From positions 1 to 43,924 of the IMG/VR virus record IMGVR_UViG_3300046479_000024: a stretch of DNA of 43,924 bases; one strand, written 5' to 3'. The position numbers and the translations under genes are program-made. Below are positions 8,583-16,151 of the stretch, in pieces. This stretch comes from a virus (Duplodnaviria > Caudoviricetes). A model generated the notes under the pieces. The model had not been told where the DNA came from. It saw only the letters and a program-made list of their open reading frames with translations, and searched no databases. The first letter of the stretch is position 1. Each line of letters opens with the position of its first letter.

Positions 8583-9361
8583 TACTTTCTCCCTTCAAAT
8601 TCTTTGAGGCGCTTGTCGCGCGATGCGATGAACTTTTTTTGCGCGGCCATGTCGCCAACCTTGACGGCAGCTTCCATTGAGCCGAAATAATGTTTTGCGA
8701 TTGCCTCTTTCGTTATGGCGCTCTCAATTTCTTCGCAGCGCCCGTCGATCTCTGCCGCGTCTAACCCAGTTCCAGGAACGCCCTGCTTCTCTATCTTGTC
8801 AATGCCGATGGAGATGTTGAAAATGTCCAGGATGAGGTAACGCTTTGCACGCGCTCCCGCGATAGCGTCTGCATCCGTGGCCGTTGCCATTGCCCCGCCT
8901 TTCGGCCCGGTTGTCGATGGGGTAATTTCACGAAAGTAATCTTTGGAAATCCCCGCCCGCGAAAGCTCGGCCTTGATGCGAACCTTGCCAAGGGCCAGTG
9001 GCGCAACCTCCGAAAACGCAATAGAGAACCCATGGTCCACATAGATAGGGCGCACAGTATTATCAAGTTGAGCATAGTCAGCCCACCATGAATTTGTATC
9101 CTTACGGTTGACGTTCGGAGCAATGCGCCCAATCTGCTTCTGGCACTCGTTGAGAGCGTTGTCAAAGTCAATCTTCGACTGGCGCTCTTCGCGCTCCCAG
9201 TTGAAGCGCTCCATCGACTGCTGCAACGTGACCAGTTCGCGGATTACCTCTGGCGATGTGCCGGTAGACAAAGCCTGCTGAATCAAGTTCATCGGCGCAA
9301 TCTCGGCTTGCACCGGCACATTCGCCAGCGCCGTACCCGGCTGCTCAAATAGTTCGCTCAA
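8582..9361 (-). CDS. erf: ERF-family single-strand annealing protein (start TTG at 9361)
   Basis: DFDNALNECQ, YAQLDNTVRP, AKRY....F.I motifs; paired with exonuclease; SD GAGGAGG before TTG. Confidence 0.8.
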   Translation of the reverse strand: MSELFEQPGTALANVPVQAEIAPMNLIQQALSTGTSPEVIRELVTLQQSMERFNWEREERQSKIDFDNALNECQKQIGRIAPNVNRKDTNSWWADYAQLDNTVRPIYVDHGFSIAFSEVAPLALGKVRIKAELSRAGISKDYFREITPSTTGPKGGAMATATDADAIAGARAKRYLILDIFNISIGIDKIEKQGVPGTGLDAAEIDGRCEEIESAITKEAIAKHYFGSMEAAVKVGDMAAQKKFIASRDKRLKEFEGRK

Positions 9362-9489
9362 GATTCCTCCTCTGGTGCGTGTACGCCGCTTGGGTCCATA
9401 TCCCAATCCTCGTTGTATGGCGAGTTCGCGCTGGTTTGATTGATTGAGTCGTAGTAGTCGCGCTGGCTGTCTTCGTTGGGGATGCTCAT
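9358..9489 (-). CDS. Small acidic hypothetical protein (43 aa)
   Basis: ATGA coupling; SD GAGG. Confidence 0.55.
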   Translation of the reverse strand: MSIPNEDSQRDYYDSINQTSANSPYNEDWDMDPSGVHAPEEES

Positions 9490-9644
9490 TGTGCGGCCTC
9501 GGCGAGTTCCGCTTCCCGATGTTCCTTCGCTGATGCGATTACAGCTTCGGCGCAAATCTCCACCAGAGCCTCAACCGCGCCGTCAGGCTTGTTTTCCCAA
9601 TGGATGTACTTCTTGATCTTGTCGATGTTCTTCTGTGTCAGCAT
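9486..9644 (-). CDS. Hypothetical protein, first gene of the leftward early operon (52 aa)
   Basis: SD AAAGGG; downstream of promoter 9670-9698. Confidence 0.65.
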   Translation of the reverse strand: MLTQKNIDKIKKYIHWENKPDGAVEALVEICAEAVIASAKEHREAELAEAAQ

Positions 9645-9669
9645 GGCGTATTTCCCTTTCTGTTTACGT

Positions 9670-9739
9670 AGCCTATAGCTGTCGGGGGAGTTTGTCAAGC
9701 AACTATTTTCTTGACAGCGCAAAGATTATCTGAAACACT
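9670..9739. promoter_or_regulatory. Back-to-back divergent promoters: leftward TTGACA-17-TAGGCT and rightward TTGACA-17-AACACT
   Basis: TGTCAA 9693-9698 and TTGACA 9711-9716 at the divergence point. Confidence 0.75.
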
Positions 9740-9745
9740 TCAAAC

Positions 9746-10003
9746 ATGAAGAAAGAGCGCAGGTCGTACACGTACCTGGAAGCTGCCTCCACCATAGATA
9801 AATGGGTGAAGGCCAACAAGATGACGCCGACTCAGTTTCGAGTATGGTTGGAATTGCGCGGCATCACCATCACCCGTCAGTATTGCGCGGCGATCATGTA
9901 CGGCAGTGGCGCTGGACCGCGCTTCATTGAAGTGTTCACGGAAATAACAGGCATCAATGTAGTAAAAGGACTTGTGGAAAAGTTCGGAGCCACGGCCCGC
10001 TGA
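9746..10003 (+). CDS. Cro-like/HTH transcriptional regulator (leaderless)
   Basis: First gene of divergent operon; helical HTH-like pattern; ATG 6 nt after -10 and no SD. Confidence 0.55.
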   Translation: MKKERRSYTYLEAASTIDKWVKANKMTPTQFRVWLELRGITITRQYCAAIMYGSGAGPRFIEVFTEITGINVVKGLVEKFGATAR

Positions 10004-10012
10004 GGAGGCGAA

Positions 10013-10258
10013 ATGATTCAGCGATACAGCCCGGACAGCGTTTATCACGTTCGCACGGGCACGGTCACGAACGTAGACTTGGTTCCTGATGTGGACGGTG
10101 AAGCGGTCCTTTTTGAAGACCACATCGCGGCGGTCACGCCGCTGGTGCGGGCGCTGCGAGATATTCGCATGAGCAACGCTGGTACAGAGCAACGCAAGCG
10201 TGGGTGGAACGCGGCTTACGAACTTCTGGAGCGGCCTGAGTACAAGGAGATTGCATGA
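10013..10258 (+). CDS. Hypothetical protein
   Basis: SD GAGGAGG; DGEAVLFEDH motif seen in small phage proteins. Confidence 0.75.
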   Translation: MIQRYSPDSVYHVRTGTVTNVDLVPDVDGEAVLFEDHIAAVTPLVRALRDIRMSNAGTEQRKRGWNAAYELLERPEYKEIA

Positions 10259-10458
10259 CTGAGAAAGAGCAGAGTCGCTATCTTGCGAATGAAATGCTTA
10301 ATCGTGACGACGCCGATCCTGATGATTATTTAGCCATACTGAGTCGTCAGTTATTGTGTGCAGATGAGTGCATTGTAGAGCTTGAGCGCCAGTTGGCCGA
10401 GGCGCACAAACCGTGGGACGGGGAGCGGCGCAGCGGGGTAGAGAGGCGGGGGCGATGA
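10255..10458 (+). CDS. Hypothetical protein
   Basis: ATGA coupling, SD AAGGAG. Confidence 0.7.
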   Translation: MTEKEQSRYLANEMLNRDDADPDDYLAILSRQLLCADECIVELERQLAEAHKPWDGERRSGVERRGR

Positions 10459-10787
10459 GCGAGAAAGACATACAGAAAGCAATCCTTGACTATCTCGCGG
10501 CGAAACACGTTCTTGCTTTTCGCATGAACTCAGGACAGGCGAAGATGGGAGATCGTTACGTGCGCTTTGGGGTTCAAGGCATGGCGGATATTTTAGCGTT
10601 TCCGCAAATACGTATATTCAGTAAGGTTTCTAATGGCGTGATTACCCCTCTGCCGGTCTGGATTGAGTGCAAGGATTCTAAAGGCAAGCAGTCTGATTTA
10701 CAAAAGAGCTTTCAGGCGCAAGTCGAGGCCGAGGGCCATAAGTACATCGTTGCTCGTTCAATCGAGGATGTGGAGGCCGCTCTATGA
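10455..10787 (+). CDS. VRR-NUC domain nuclease (possible Holliday junction resolvase)
   Basis: SEKDIQKAILDYL, G.ADI, IECK..KGKQS..QK.F, YIVARSIEDV motifs. Confidence 0.9.
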   Translation: MSEKDIQKAILDYLAAKHVLAFRMNSGQAKMGDRYVRFGVQGMADILAFPQIRIFSKVSNGVITPLPVWIECKDSKGKQSDLQKSFQAQVEAEGHKYIVARSIEDVEAAL

Positions 10788-11032
10788 CGCGCATACCGTT
10801 CCAAGCATCCGGCTACACAGACGGCACAAGCGAAGGCTGCAAACCGTCGCCGCTGTACACCGGGCCGCGCTGCACCTGCACGCCGGAAGGCAGCACGATC
10901 ACGCTAGACGACGGCGAGTACCTTGCGCTGACCAGGATCACCGATAGCGGCTGTCCGATACACGGGATGAGCAGCGCACACGTACCAGACCCGCACGAGG
11001 GCGCAAGCACGAAGGGAGGGCCGAAGCTGTGA
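10784..11032 (+). CDS. Hypothetical protein (CTC...CPIHG)
   Basis: ATGA coupling, SD GGAGG. Confidence 0.65.
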   Translation: MTRIPFQASGYTDGTSEGCKPSPLYTGPRCTCTPEGSTITLDDGEYLALTRITDSGCPIHGMSSAHVPDPHEGASTKGGPKL

Positions 11033-11247
11033 TGGGTAGGCTGATTGGTAGTGATTTTACTCAGGTAGTCCAAACGCGCAAAACACGCTGCTCTGAGTGC
11101 GGCTTCAATATCCCTGTCGGGGATACCGCTCTGGAGTCTATCAAGGACGGCAAATGTGTCAAGCGCGTATGTGGGGAGAATTGCCGGATGGACTTCGATG
11201 ATCGTTTCTGGCGTGGAGTTGCGGCCAGAGACAAGAGGCTACGCTGA
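11029..11247 (+). CDS. Small Cys-rich (zinc-ribbon) protein
   Basis: CSEC...C...C motifs; coupling. Confidence 0.7.
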   Translation: MMGRLIGSDFTQVVQTRKTRCSECGFNIPVGDTALESIKDGKCVKRVCGENCRMDFDDRFWRGVAARDKRLR

Positions 11248-11510
11248 TGACCACGCCCCTGCTCATCATCCTGATCGGCGCCGTGCCGGTAGCCATTCTG
11301 AGCGCATGGCTGGACCACGCATGGCGCAAGCGGCACCCGAAGCAGATCAGCACGGCGGAGTGGCTGCGTAGGATGCGTGCTCTTGAACCTGGAGTGCCCC
11401 CTGTGCGTCGCTACGAGGGCGCGGTAGGGGTAAGCACACCAGAACGCCCTGTGAGGGATAAGAAACTGGCGCTGGTGGTCAAACCGGCGAGAAAGAACGG
11501 GACACAATGA
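11247..11510 (+). CDS. Small membrane-anchored protein
   Basis: N-terminal hydrophobic helix; TGATG coupling. Confidence 0.65.
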   Translation: MTTPLLIILIGAVPVAILSAWLDHAWRKRHPKQISTAEWLRRMRALEPGVPPVRRYEGAVGVSTPERPVRDKKLALVVKPARKNGTQ

Positions 11511-11725
11511 AGACTCCATCAGGGATTGAAATTGAGATAGGTCAGGTTTGGCGCGGTCCTGATTATGGCGTTCAAAATCGCGTGGGACACTTTGAGGATG
11601 GTATTGTCTGGCTGTACCGGAAACATTGCAACGGGCCAGATCGCATCCCTGTGAGTCGATTCAACGGTAAGCGTGGCGGATATGCGCTGTCGGCCGGCAA
11701 CGATGCGACAGAGGAGAGCAAGTGA
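11507..11725 (+). CDS. Hypothetical protein
   Basis: ATGA coupling; IEIGQVW motif. Confidence 0.7.
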   Translation: MKTPSGIEIEIGQVWRGPDYGVQNRVGHFEDGIVWLYRKHCNGPDRIPVSRFNGKRGGYALSAGNDATEESK

Positions 11726-11901
11726 AGGCACTCGATCTATTCTGCGGGGCAGGAGGCGCAACCAAAGGACTCCAGATGGCCGGGTTCCACGTCACGGGCG
11801 TAGACCTCAGACCACAACCGCGATACTGCGGAAATGTTTTCTTTCAGAGCGATGCGCTGGAGTTTCCGTTATCTGTGATCGCCGCTTCGCACGGCCTGTA
11901 A
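11722..11901 (+). pseudogene. Truncated C5 DNA cytosine methyltransferase (59 aa), not in ORF track
   Basis: MKALDLFCGAGGATKGLQMAGFHVTGVDLRPQPRY...DALEF = SAM-binding motifs; stops before the catalytic PC motif. Confidence 0.8.
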
Positions 11902-12360
11902 GGGCACGAAAGCCGGGGCGTCATGCTCCGGCTTTCGTGCCTGCTCTGCGCGATACTTCTCGAACCAGAAAACTACCGGCGTTGTATCGATACTTAATTT
12001 GCCAAAACGCATCAAGTGGTGTACGTGCGTGTAGGTTGATATTGTTGGGATGCTGTTCGCAAAATAGGTGAGTATAGAGCGGAAGCCTTCGACATTTGTA
12101 TCTGCCTTTAGTATGTTGCATCTGACACAAGCAGGGTAAAGATTGTCTTTATTATCGTTTTCGGGTGAATAAAGTTTCCCGGTTGCCCGTGTCTTTGTGT
12201 ACCCTGCTTTAGTAACTTCGCCGTGTACATATTCTGTTTGGCGGCGAACTGGTTCCACATGATCGGCGTGCCATTTGTCGATCAACTCCTGCCCACAATA
12301 AGCGCATCGACCGCCAAACATCATGCGGATTCTTTCGCGCTCTGGCTTGCTAAGGATCAT
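11869..12360 (-). CDS. HNH endonuclease (start ATG 12360)
   Basis: GGRCAYCG, WHADHVEP, NLYPACVRCNILK, VVFWFE motifs; ATGA overlap with endolysin. Confidence 0.88.
   Translation of the reverse strand: MILSKPERERIRMMFGGRCAYCGQELIDKWHADHVEPVRRQTEYVHGEVTKAGYTKTRATGKLYSPENDNKDNLYPACVRCNILKADTNVEGFRSILTYFANSIPTISTYTHVHHLMRFGKLSIDTTPVVFWFEKYRAEQARKPEHDAPAFVPLQAVRSGDHR
11903..11941. terminator. 17-bp stem hairpin at the convergence of the middle and late operons
   Basis: GGCACGAAAGCCGGGGC-GTCAT-GCTCCGGCTTTCGTGCC; no clear U tract. Confidence 0.55.
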
Positions 12361-12911
12361 TTCAACGCTCTCGCCGTCCATGCGTCTTTGTAAATGGCCA
12401 GCGCGGGATTCTTGGCAATAAGCGCATCGTAGTACGCGACACGAGATTGCTGGAAGCTGCCAACAAGTGCAGGGCCGCAAGCGTTTACCTGCTCGACGGT
12501 ATTTGGACCCCACTTGCCGTCACATATCAATCTCGGCAATCCAGGATCACCGCACCAATTCACGGCTTGCTGCAAGCACCTCACAGACGCCTCACTGCCG
12601 GCATTCACGGCGAAGTCAAAGACGCGCTTTGCAACTTCGTCGCTGGTCAGTTGCGCGTACCAGGACGAGCCGTTCAAGATGCACCAGAAATGGGCTAAGT
12701 AGAACGTCTTCACGAGCGGTCCACGATCAGCTTGCGGCATGTTGGCAATCGCCGTGTACTGGAGCGGGAAGGCTCCTGAGTTGATTCCTGAGATGGCGAA
12801 GCAGTGGTCAAGCGTGCAACCTTCGGGGCACCTGTCCGTCACGGTCGCGTGCATGTCGGCGGCGTCTTCATTGCTGAGGAGCCATGAATATGCGGTTTTA
12901 AACGATGCCAT
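12357..12911 (-). CDS. Endolysin, glycoside hydrolase family 108-like with peptidoglycan-binding domain
   Basis: VFDFAVNAG, LQQAVN, DGKWGPNT, W..RA motifs. Confidence 0.85.
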   Translation of the reverse strand: MASFKTAYSWLLSNEDAADMHATVTDRCPEGCTLDHCFAISGINSGAFPLQYTAIANMPQADRGPLVKTFYLAHFWCILNGSSWYAQLTSDEVAKRVFDFAVNAGSEASVRCLQQAVNWCGDPGLPRLICDGKWGPNTVEQVNACGPALVGSFQQSRVAYYDALIAKNPALAIYKDAWTARALK

Positions 12912-12927
12912 TTGAATCCTCCAAAAC

Positions 12928-13713
12928 TCAAGCGGCGAGTTCCTGCCGCGCTATCTCACAAAAGAACGAACAAGAAAAACTAGGCTCATCGGCCATATTC
13001 CCATCTCCAAGAGGAAGGTCTGCAAGAGGCATCCTTTCGTCCTTGCGGGGTCCACTACTGAATCGTAGAAAATAAGCGCCGGGCCCAATGGATTCCTGAA
13101 TCGTTTGAATCTGCACAAATCTCTCTGGAAAATCGCGCCTGATCTTTTTCCAATAATTCTGCCCACCCTTCGGGCAACCGATACAGTTCGCGTTGTTATA
13201 TCCCATCCGGTACATCATCGGGAGTTCTATCCCGGCGCGTTCAACAATAGCAAGGCAATCATCGTGCGATAGACTACGCTCAATCAGAGGAGCGCGGAAG
13301 ATTCTTTTAGGTATGTCATAATAACGCGCCTTATCTAATTTTTCATGTTCGCGGAGATCGTCGAGTCGATCAGCTTCTTCCGCTGTGAATCCCATCACGT
13401 TCACATCGTCAGGCAAAGAGATTGTTGCCAGGAGTTTTCTCTTCAATGCGCGGCTGCATGGCGCTCCGTGTGGTCCCTTCATAAACCTCTCTCGCCGCCA
13501 AACTTCATCCGTCGATGCGCTATACTTTTCATCGCGCAACACGGTTACAGGATGCCCAAACCATTTCTCGCAATCGACTAAAAAGCGCCGATTGTCTTCA
13601 TGCTCCTCTTTTATGAAGGCATTGACGATCACCACTTCTTCGGCAGGATAGGCCGCTAGAATAAGCTTCGTTGCCACCGCCGAGGCCGCGCCGCACGAGA
13701 ACTGACAAACCAT
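12928..13713 (-). CDS. PAPS-reductase-like (adenine nucleotide alpha-hydrolase) protein
   Basis: FSCGAASAVA, EEHEDNRRF, APCSRALK, MYRMGYNNANCIGCPKGG, CSFFCE; start ATG 13722 or 13713. Confidence 0.85.
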   Translation of the reverse strand: MVCQFSCGAASAVATKLILAAYPAEEVVIVNAFIKEEHEDNRRFLVDCEKWFGHPVTVLRDEKYSASTDEVWRRERFMKGPHGAPCSRALKRKLLATISLPDDVNVMGFTAEEADRLDDLREHEKLDKARYYDIPKRIFRAPLIERSLSHDDCLAIVERAGIELPMMYRMGYNNANCIGCPKGGQNYWKKIRRDFPERFVQIQTIQESIGPGAYFLRFSSGPRKDERMPLADLPLGDGNMADEPSFSCSFFCEIARQELAA

Positions 13714-13738
13714 CCTACCCATTCTCTCTCCTAAACTC

Positions 13739-13841
13739 AGCAGCGCCCCTTGCGAGACGCTGCCGGTTGATGCGTGGGCCAGGACAGGACGCCTATCCTA
13801 TCCCCTCACGATGGCTTTGGGGTGAGTTGTGCCCGCGCAAA
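13739..13841 (-). ncRNA. Candidate structured RNA: three-way junction plus GCAA-tetraloop hairpin
   Basis: UGCGCGGGC/GCCCACGCA, CUCAC/GUGAG, GGAUAGGA/UCCUGUCC, GCAGCGUCUC-GCAA-GGGGCGCUGC. Confidence 0.5.
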
Positions 13842-13843
13842 CT

Positions 13844-13963
13844 CTACTGTGTCCAGCTACCCTTCTGTAGGTACACCATGCAGCGCATAGCGCCATACGG
13901 GATGCCCACGATCAGCAGCAGGGGCCAGAGCGGTATCGTGCCGAGGATGATCAGCGCCTTCAT
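13844..13963 (-). CDS. Small hydrophobic peptide (39 aa), not in ORF track
   Basis: ATGA overlap; MKALIILGTIPLWPLLLIVGIPYG. Confidence 0.55.
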   Translation of the reverse strand: MKALIILGTIPLWPLLLIVGIPYGAMRCMVYLQKGSWTQ

Positions 13964-14208
13964 AACCACCCCGGCACCTTGATACTCGCCACCTTCGCCG
14001 CGACTGCGTTCACATCGCCCTGAATCGCCGGAATTGCCGCTGCTACTGCTGCTGCGGTCGTGTGTACATCCGTCTGAATTGAAGGCACAGCGGCGCTCAT
14101 CTTGTCTGCCAGCGTCGAGTATTTCTGGACCGCCGTGCGGAGATCAGCGATTAGGCCGTCGATCTCCGCTTGCGTTGCAGGGGGGAGCGTGATGGTGTAT
14201 GCGGCCAT
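13960..14208 (-). CDS. Hypothetical Ala-rich protein in lysis region
   Basis: Operon context. Confidence 0.65.
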   Translation of the reverse strand: MAAYTITLPPATQAEIDGLIADLRTAVQKYSTLADKMSAAVPSIQTDVHTTAAAVAAAIPAIQGDVNAVAAKVASIKVPGWL

Positions 14209-14209
14209 G

Positions 14210-14653
14210 CTAGACCGCCGGCACGATTGTCAGCAAAGCCGATGCGATGGACGCGATGGTAGAGATCACGTTGCCCACGGTTGCCACGGTGTTGGCATTC
14301 TTGATGCCGGTTGCCGTCTCCAGGCCGCCCAGGTTCGTTACAACGTCCTGGAAGCCACTTGCCAGCGTGGGATGCGCACCAGCGTCATAGGCCACGGCGC
14401 TGAGCGTGAGCAAATCCTGTGTCGCTTTGGAAATGACGTTGGCCGCAGGTGAACCGGCCTCGACTTGAGAGGCGACAATCTTGAGAATCTTGGTCGAGTA
14501 GGACACGCCGTTCTCGATGTCGGTTTCGATGGTAGGCGCGGCTGCTTCGACTTCGGCGAGTTCCTTGTGAAGCCATGCAAGGAATGTGTGGGATTCTGCT
14601 GCGATATTCATGCTGCGCGCCTCCTCTGGCGTGTGCTGCGGGTTGTGTTGCAT
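14210..14653 (-). CDS. Hypothetical protein in lysis region
   Basis: TAATG coupling (alternative start at MNIAAES with GGAGG). Confidence 0.7.
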   Translation of the reverse strand: MQHNPQHTPEEARSMNIAAESHTFLAWLHKELAEVEAAAPTIETDIENGVSYSTKILKIVASQVEAGSPAANVISKATQDLLTLSAVAYDAGAHPTLASGFQDVVTNLGGLETATGIKNANTVATVGNVISTIASIASALLTIVPAV

Positions 14654-14892
14654 TACTGATTCGGTCCCTGTCCGTCTTTCTGAATCAGAGACAGATAGCC
14701 CTTACAAAGTCCTTGCACTACCTCAAGCCAAACCGTATGCTCAGGCGTCACAATACCGAGCGGTAAAAGGGTTGCAGTAGTGGTCATACTGATGGTCAGG
14801 AAGCCGGATACGGTCGTCTTCCAGTTCTGAATCAGATGCGTCAGCGCATCCGAAAGAACGGCGTTGAGTGGTTTCGATGATGTGTCTGTCAT
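14653..14892 (-). CDS. Putative holin (start ATG 14892)
   Basis: NWKTTVSG..hydrophobic..(Q)KD pattern typical of small two-TM holins; SD GAGGAG. Confidence 0.6.
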   Translation of the reverse strand: MTDTSSKPLNAVLSDALTHLIQNWKTTVSGFLTISMTTTATLLPLGIVTPEHTVWLEVVQGLCKGYLSLIQKDGQGPNQ

Positions 14893-15062
14893 TTGCTCCT
14901 CTTCCGTTCCTGTTCCCTTTCGTGCAGGCGGCAAAACTCGTTGACCGCAGTGCGACAGAAATCGCTTGGCCTCACCCCACACTGCGCCGCCGCAACAAGA
15001 ATCCTTTGGTGCTCACCGGGAGAGATGTTGCGGATTCGGACTTCCTTGCCTGAAGTGCTCAT
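14889..15062 (-). CDS. Ribbon-helix-helix (Arc/Mnt-like) regulator, leaderless
   Basis: VRIRNISPGEHQRILVAAAQCGVRPSDFCRTAV fits RHH pattern; own promoter. Confidence 0.65.
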   Translation of the reverse strand: MSTSGKEVRIRNISPGEHQRILVAAAQCGVRPSDFCRTAVNEFCRLHEREQERKRSK

Positions 15063-15068
15063 ATGGGA

Positions 15069-15097
15069 ATTATCCCACTTCGCCCCGCGCTTGTCAA
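15069..15097 (-). promoter_or_regulatory. Promoter TTGACA-17-GATAAT upstream of RHH/lysis genes
   Basis: Consensus match; ATG 6 nt downstream. Confidence 0.75.
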
Positions 15098-15330
15098 GCC
15101 TCGCCCACAACCTTTTCGTAGAGCGCATCAAGTGCGGAGTCGTCTGAGTCGGCCACGTCCATTGCGGCTTTCAGTTCCGGCGACGGGTTGGCTTCGTAGA
15201 CCGTGCGGATGGCCATCATTTTCTGCGCCTGCTCTGCTGTGGCCGGCACTACTGCGGTTACGGGTCCACTGCCCGGAGGCGGATCGCCAGGGAGCCATAG
15301 CCTTGTTTCTGGTACGGGTTTGGTTGGCAT
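15094..15330 (-). CDS. Hypothetical protein
   Basis: SD AGGAG. Confidence 0.7.
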   Translation of the reverse strand: MPTKPVPETRLWLPGDPPPGSGPVTAVVPATAEQAQKMMAIRTVYEANPSPELKAAMDVADSDDSALDALYEKVVGEA

Positions 15331-15339
15331 GATGTTCTC

Positions 15340-15843
15340 CTATTCGTTTGCAAGTTGTGGGGGAGGGGTTGAGTGGGTGATGATAACTTGGCTGGCCTGA
15401 ATTTTTTGAAATAGATCGAGCGGTTCCATAGAGGCGTGATGAATCACATACCACGTGCAGACAAGCATAAGAATAGCCACGCAAACAGACGCGATACTCG
15501 CCATCACCCCCGCGATCTGCCAAACCAAACCGCGTTTTGCCGTCTTTGTATTTTCGGTTTCTAGCGCCGTTTTGATGGTTTTCTCGTGAGCGAGTAACGC
15601 TTCCTTTGTTTCCTTGTCTCGCAGTTCATGGAACGCCTTCTCGGAGCGGTGGCGTTGGTCGTCAGCAGCAAACCTCGCAAGCACGATGGTTTTCAGGCCG
15701 GGTCCGCCGTCGTGGTTGAAAAATTCATTGGCAATATGCTCAATCACTGATTCCGCCTTTCCCATGCGTCCTTCCATACGCATAATGCTTCCACGAAAAG
15801 GGCAGGCCCCGCTCTTAGAATCGCACTCCGCTTCGGCCATCAT
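15340..15843 (-). CDS. Coiled-coil protein with C-terminal TM helix (lysis-associated?)
   Basis: SD AGGAG before ATG ATG; single TM. Confidence 0.7.
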   Translation of the reverse strand: MMAEAECDSKSGACPFRGSIMRMEGRMGKAESVIEHIANEFFNHDGGPGLKTIVLARFAADDQRHRSEKAFHELRDKETKEALLAHEKTIKTALETENTKTAKRGLVWQIAGVMASIASVCVAILMLVCTWYVIHHASMEPLDLFQKIQASQVIITHSTPPPQLANE

Positions 15844-15871
15844 CGTCTCTCCTGGCCGTTCCCCTGGCCCC

Positions 15872-16144
15872 GTTGTGCGCCCCGTGTCAGGCCCGTGGCC
15901 CTTACTGCGCGGGATGCGTCCATGCTCCGCTTGCAATCATTTCCCCAACGCCTTCAAAATAACCTCAACCTCTTCAAGGTCTTTGACTAGCAGCGTGTTG
16001 TGAGCGATGTGCCCCACGCGCTTTTCCCCGTCCTCGTAGTATGTCAACCCCGGCTCCCGATTACTGGAGTGTGCCGGTCCTGCGTTGCTTGCCATTTCTA
16101 CCGCAAGCCTTACTAGTTCTCCCAGGCACCGCAGTGCGCACAAC
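15872..16144 (-). ncRNA. Candidate structured RNA (~273 nt) after the tailspike gene
   Basis: Closing stem GUUGUGCGC/GCGCACAAC, nested ACUGCG/CGCAGU, hairpins GCUUGC/GCAAGC and CCGGC..CUCC/GGAG.CCGG. Confidence 0.45.
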
Positions 16145-16151
16145 TGAAGTC

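Noticed and set aside
15937-16143. 68-aa ORF as a real gene
   Set aside because: TTG start without SD inside a predicted stem; treated as part of a candidate structured RNA.
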